From NCBI GenBank assembly GCA_031414955.1, contig JANOQV010000127.1:1-19508 (forward strand): a stretch of DNA of 19,508 nt, in the 5' to 3' direction. Every line of letters starts with the position of its first letter. Positions within the stretch are counted from its first letter, which is position 1. The notes beneath the pieces are model-generated. The model was not told where the DNA came from, made no database searches, and saw nothing but the letters and a program-made list of their open reading frames with translations. Of the stretch, positions 15,889 to 19,508 are shown in pieces. The stretch comes from Pedosphaera sp. GTDB taxonomy: Bacteria > Verrucomicrobiota > Verrucomicrobiia > Limisphaerales > SIBH01. The position numbers were made by a program, and so were the translations under genes.

Positions 15889-17079
15889 TTATTTGGGCGT
15901 CAAGCTGATGACGCGATATTCGAAGCGGGGCCGTCCGAGAACGCACTTGGCGGTCGCGGTGGTGGGCCGTCCGACCTTGTGCCATTTGGCATGGGCGGTC
16001 AGTCGCCGCCTTTCCACTTGGTAACGACCACTGCCGCCTTCCCATTGCAGCGTGGTGTGGAAGTGTTGGTGGGTGATGCTGGTGATGATAACGGGAGTAT
16101 AGGCCAGCACTATAGAACCCTCCCAAGTGCCGTAACTAAAGTATCGACCATCCCGCGACACGGCAAAACAAGCGGGGGCGGCGTTAGCGTAGCCATCAAT
16201 GAAGGGGGGCGGGTTAGTGTAGCCGCCGACGTATTTGCCATCGCTCACGCGGAAGATTCTGAATTCATTCTTTTGGAAATCCTCAAAAAGGGTCATCACG
16301 TAGCGACCGTTGAGGAGGAATTTGGCGTGCTGGCCGCTATTGGTGATGGCAAGAACGAGCGCGCCATCAGACACACGCCAAAGCTGTGTTGTTCCGTGCC
16401 AACCCGCAGTAGCGAGCAGCGAACCATCGGGAGAAAAATCGACGGAGGAGGGGTCCGTATCAAGGACGTGGAGGATCTGATCACTTTCAACGTCCCACAA
16501 AACAGCCACCCCATCAGAGAATGCTGATGCAAGCTTAGTGCCATCAGGCGAGAACGTGATTTCATACACGGGGCCGGAAATGTATTCGAGATCGTCATCG
16601 GAACCCAGATAGTCACCGAAACCGGTAAGTGGATCACGGATGATGATTTTGTTATCACTCCAGCTTGCATCGGCGAACCGGACGTCATCTGGCGAAAAGG
16701 CGACGGTGAGAATGAAGTCACCATCGCCGCTTCCAGCTCGCCATAACCGAACCCCATCGCCCACGCGCCACATGTAAGACGCACCGTAGTCGTCACCGAC
16801 CCCAAGCAATGAGCCATCCGATGAAAGTGCAACGGATTGTGCCGAGCCAAAGTCTGTATGCACTTCCCGGACAAGATTCCCACCCGGCACCGACCACACT
16901 TTCGCGAAACGATCTTGCGAGCCGGAGGCAAGAAAATGTGAATCACCCGAGAACGCCACGGACCTCACCAAGTTTCCGTGCGCATTCGTTTTCCACACAA
17001 TCTGCGGCGTGGACTGCGCGAGCAGCGGCAGGGCGTGGACCCAAAGAAACAGCAGGGTGAGGAAGAGGCGGAGCTTCAT
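15889..17079 (-). CDS. Secreted WD40-repeat (beta-propeller) protein
   Basis: ATG 17079 gives signal peptide MKLRLFLTLLFLWVHALPLLAQ. Repeated VAFSxDG...LASGS.D...KVW units; small C-terminal domain LQWEGGSGRYQVE...W..V...FEYRV. Confidence 0.9.
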   Translation of the reverse strand: MKLRLFLTLLFLWVHALPLLAQSTPQIVWKTNAHGNLVRSVAFSGDSHFLASGSQDRFAKVWSVPGGNLVREVHTDFGSAQSVALSSDGSLLGVGDDYGASYMWRVGDGVRLWRAGSGDGDFILTVAFSPDDVRFADASWSDNKIIIRDPLTGFGDYLGSDDDLEYISGPVYEITFSPDGTKLASAFSDGVAVLWDVESDQILHVLDTDPSSVDFSPDGSLLATAGWHGTTQLWRVSDGALVLAITNSGQHAKFLLNGRYVMTLFEDFQKNEFRIFRVSDGKYVGGYTNPPPFIDGYANAAPACFAVSRDGRYFSYGTWEGSIVLAYTPVIITSITHQHFHTTLQWEGGSGRYQVERRRLTAHAKWHKVGRPTTATAKCVLGRPRFEYRVISLTPK

Positions 17080-17145
17080 ACGGCTGGCATTGAACTCCAC
17101 CCCGCGTCGGCTCGCAAGCGTCTGCTTTCCGCCGGGCCTTGCTTT

Positions 17146-17293
17146 GAAAATAGCCCAGCGCTTGAGCGCTGGGTTCGAGGCGCCTTCCAGCCCATCCAGT
17201 CCCGCCGGGACGAAAGAAAAGTCTGTCGTCCCTGACGGGACTGGGCGGGTTCATCGTGGCGTGGACCCAGCCATGAATGGCCGGGCTATTCTC
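17146..17293. repeat. Nested-palindrome REP/REPIN-like element
   Basis: Outer arms gaaaatagcccagcgcttgagcgctggg (17146-17173) and cccagccatgaatggccgggctattctc (17266-17293). Inner arms ccagtcccgccgggacgaaaga (17196-17217) and tctgtcgtccctgacgggactgg (17222-17244). Confidence 0.82.
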
Positions 17294-17418
17294 AGGAGGA
17301 CAGCCCCCGAAACCAGCCCGGCACCGAGGTCATTTACATGGATTTACGCCCATGTTTCCCCAGAGGCACCCCGCAAGCCACTCCGCCACCGACTAATCCT
17401 TAAATGACTGTTTTAATG

Positions 17419-17628
17419 GATGTTACGAGGCTGAATGGGGTACCTAAAAGGTACCCATTGGATGCTTTGAGGTAACCCGTCAATCCTTCGAGGTACCCCG
17501 GCGATACTTTTAGGTGCCAAGCCGAACCTTCGAGGTTCCCGGCCGATGCTTTGAGCTCCCGGCACCCACCTCAAAGCATCCCCGCCGACTCTCAAAGGTT
17601 CGGCGGCGATCCTCTGGGGATCGACGGG
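17419..17628. repeat. Degenerate 21-bp tandem array, 10 units, many with a 15-bp internal palindrome
   Basis: Units start at 17419, 17440, 17461, 17482, 17503, 17524, 17545, 17566, 17587 and 17608. Examples: gtacct-aaa-aggtac, gaacct-tcg-aggttc, gatcct-ctg-gggatc. Confidence 0.75.
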
Positions 17629-17945
17629 GACTGTCGCAGGTGGCGGTGCTCACCTCGGAGCATCCCCAGCGATGCATTTGGGCGGCGGCACCCCGCTCAA
17701 AGAATCGGCCGCGCGGTCCTGTTTTAGTTCGCATCCGGACGGCCATCGGTGCTTGGCCACAGTTGCTTCGGAACCATTGAGCGACGGGCGAACGGCCATC
17801 GTATGTCGCCGGACTGGCGCGACAAATGGCCCAATAAAGGGTCAGCCGAGGGAGCAAATGATCCGTTTGGAGTTCCGTGTTCCCAGGCTGGGGCGCGCGC
17901 CGGGGCTGGACGGGGACACGACGTTGGCGCGTTACGTTCTGGCAG

Positions 17946-19295
17946 CTACTGGGCGCGGCCGAATTTTTTCTCCAGCTCGCGGAAGTTCATCTCGATGAGC
18001 GTGGGCCGGCCGTGCGGACAGGTGTAGGGCATGGCGCAGTGGCGCAGATCGTTGACGAGATTCTCCAACTCCGGGCCGGCGAGCGGGTCGTTGGCTTTGA
18101 CGGAGTGGCGGCACACGGTCTTGGCGATGACGTCCTCGCCGAGGCGCAAGGCATTCACGCCTTCGCCGGCGGCCTTCAACTCGTCGATGAGCGTGACGAC
18201 GAAGTTCCGCGCGTCGGGCGCTTTGACCATCGGCGGCAGCGCGTCGAGCAGGAAGGTGCGCTCGCCGAATTCACTCAGGCCCACGCCCAGGCGGGTCAGG
18301 GTGGGCAACACGCCGCGCACGAAGGCGGCGTCGCGGGGCGCGAGTTCAATCGTCTCGGGCAGGAGCAGCCGCTGGGCGGTGATCTCGTTCCGTTCCAGAC
18401 GCGTGAGCATCTGCTCGAACAGGATGCGCTCGTGCGCCGCGTGCTGATCGAGCAGCACCAGGCCGCGATCCGATTCGAGCACCACGTACAGCTTTCCGAT
18501 CACGCCCACCACGCGGAGCGGCACGGAGAGCAGCGGCGTGGGGGAGAAAGGGGATTGCGTCTGGGGTCTGGGGTCTGGGGGATTGGCGATCGGCGATGGG
18601 TGGTGGGCCGAGGAAGCCTCGCGACCAGAAGGCGCTTCGCGTTGAAATGAGAGCGGCAGCGGCGCGGGCTTGGGCGCAATCGGCACCGTCAGGGGCGCGG
18701 GAAATCCGGGCAGAGCCGGCTCGTTCGAGACCGCTTCTTCACCCACGCCGGGCAAGGGGCGCCTGGCCCCAAGCCACTCGACGGGTGGAAGCGTGGCCGA
18801 GGTCGTGAGCGGCGAGGGTGTCTGCGCTGGAGTCGCCGGAGACCGCGCCTCCCCCGCGCCGTGGTATCCGAGCAAGGCATCCCGCACCGCGCGCGCGACG
18901 AAACCGCGCACGACGCGTTCATCGCGGAACTTCACCTCGCGCTTGGCGGGATGGACGTTTACATCAACCGCCGCCGGATCGATTTCGAGGAACAGGCAGC
19001 AGACGGGGAAGCGGCCCTTCATCATCGCGTTATGATAGCCCTCCAGCAGCGCGAAGTTGATGCCCCGGTTCTCGACTGGACGACGGTTCACAAAAACGTG
19101 CTGCTCGTCGCGCGTGGACCGGGAGACGCCGGGCGCGCCAATCAAACCCCACACCCGGATGGACGATTGCGGATCGTGGACGGAGGAGGGTTCGGCCAAA
19201 TCATCAGTGGCGAGTTGTTCCTGGACCGCCTCGGCGTGCTCGACGGCGATGAGGTGCTGCTGGTCGCCGTGCAGTGCGCGCCAGCGTTCGCGCAG
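17946..19295 (-). CDS. mutL: DNA mismatch repair protein MutL, endonuclease type; transducer domain, linker and C-terminal domain (N-terminal ATPase part not seen)
   Basis: FVNRRPV, DPAAVDVNVHPAKREVKF, LDQHAAHERILFE, clamp motif QRLLLP, CRHSVK, CPHGRP, LEKKFGR. Recognisable similarity stops near LRERWRALHG (19295). Confidence 0.92.
   Translation of the reverse strand: MRERWRALHGDQQHLIAVEHAEAVQEQLATDDLAEPSSVHDPQSSIRVWGLIGAPGVSRSTRDEQHVFVNRRPVENRGINFALLEGYHNAMMKGRFPVCCLFLEIDPAAVDVNVHPAKREVKFRDERVVRGFVARAVRDALLGYHGAGEARSPATPAQTPSPLTTSATLPPVEWLGARRPLPGVGEEAVSNEPALPGFPAPLTVPIAPKPAPLPLSFQREAPSGREASSAHHPSPIANPPDPRPQTQSPFSPTPLLSVPLRVVGVIGKLYVVLESDRGLVLLDQHAAHERILFEQMLTRLERNEITAQRLLLPETIELAPRDAAFVRGVLPTLTRLGVGLSEFGERTFLLDALPPMVKAPDARNFVVTLIDELKAAGEGVNALRLGEDVIAKTVCRHSVKANDPLAGPELENLVNDLRHCAMPYTCPHGRPTLIEMNFRELEKKFGRAQ
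18550..18607. repeat. 7-bp tandem repeats inside the mutL linker
   Basis: ggggatt gcgtctg gggtctg gggtctg ggggatt ggcgatc ggcgatg ggtggtg; encodes HHPSPIANPPDPRPQTQSP. Confidence 0.6.
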
Positions 19296-19508
19296 CGGCC
19301 CGTCGTGGTTTGGACGGCTGGCTCGACTGCGTCGAGCGGGCGCGCAGAGCTCTGGGCGCGGCGTGTCGCACGAGGAATCGAAGCGGGCGGTCTGGTCGTC
19401 TCCGAGTCCCTCGACGAGTGGGCGATGCTCGGGCCTGGTGCAGCTGCGAGCCGGGTCGCCGAGGTCGCCGAGGTCGAGCGCGCGATCGAGGAAGCGCACG
19501 CGCTTGCG
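19296..19508 (+). other. Segment not resembling mutL; open + strand frame running off the window end
   Basis: Reads VVVWTAGSTASSGRAELWARRVARGIEAGGLVVSESLDEWAMLGPGAAASRVAEVAEVERAIEEAHALA; no MutL motifs seen on the minus strand. Confidence 0.4.

Noticed and set aside
17419..17628. CRISPR array
   Set aside because: Units are degenerate, linkers are only about 6 bp, and there are no cas genes in the window.
17629..17945. Gene (e.g. miaA or hfq remnant) downstream of mutL
   Set aside because: None of the ORF-track translations here resembles a known protein.

Overview
GC-rich bacterial window, most likely Verrucomicrobiota (inferred from the PEP-CTERM protein type, the secreted-protein domains and the heptamer/nested-palindrome repeats; not verified by search). 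Left to right: (1) 1-4942, a tandem duplicated cassette of [large secreted protein + small PEP-CTERM protein] x2, followed by a signal-peptide stub; (2) housekeeping genes mlaE (single-base frameshift in a G5 run), ribH and rsmI; (3) a small-GTPase module: a Pro-rich protein with a duplicated unknown domain and a C-terminal Roadblock domain, then mglA and mglB, then a VOC/glyoxalase gene; (4) LPS core genes on the minus strand (GT2, waaG, waaP); (5) a ~2.2 kb region (13.6-15.8 kb) of gene fragments and palindromes, where an intact PIN toxin-antitoxin pair is bracketed by direct repeats that are decayed copies of a TIR-domain gene, with a third short TIR-like piece, a DUF4143-type ATPase tail and a truncated hflX 5' end (mostly absent from the ORF track); (6) a secreted WD40 protein, a REP-like element, a 10 x 21-bp palindromic array, and the 3' two-thirds of an endonuclease-type mutL whose upstream sequence is not mutL-like. 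All family calls come from motif recognition by eye; no database search was run.
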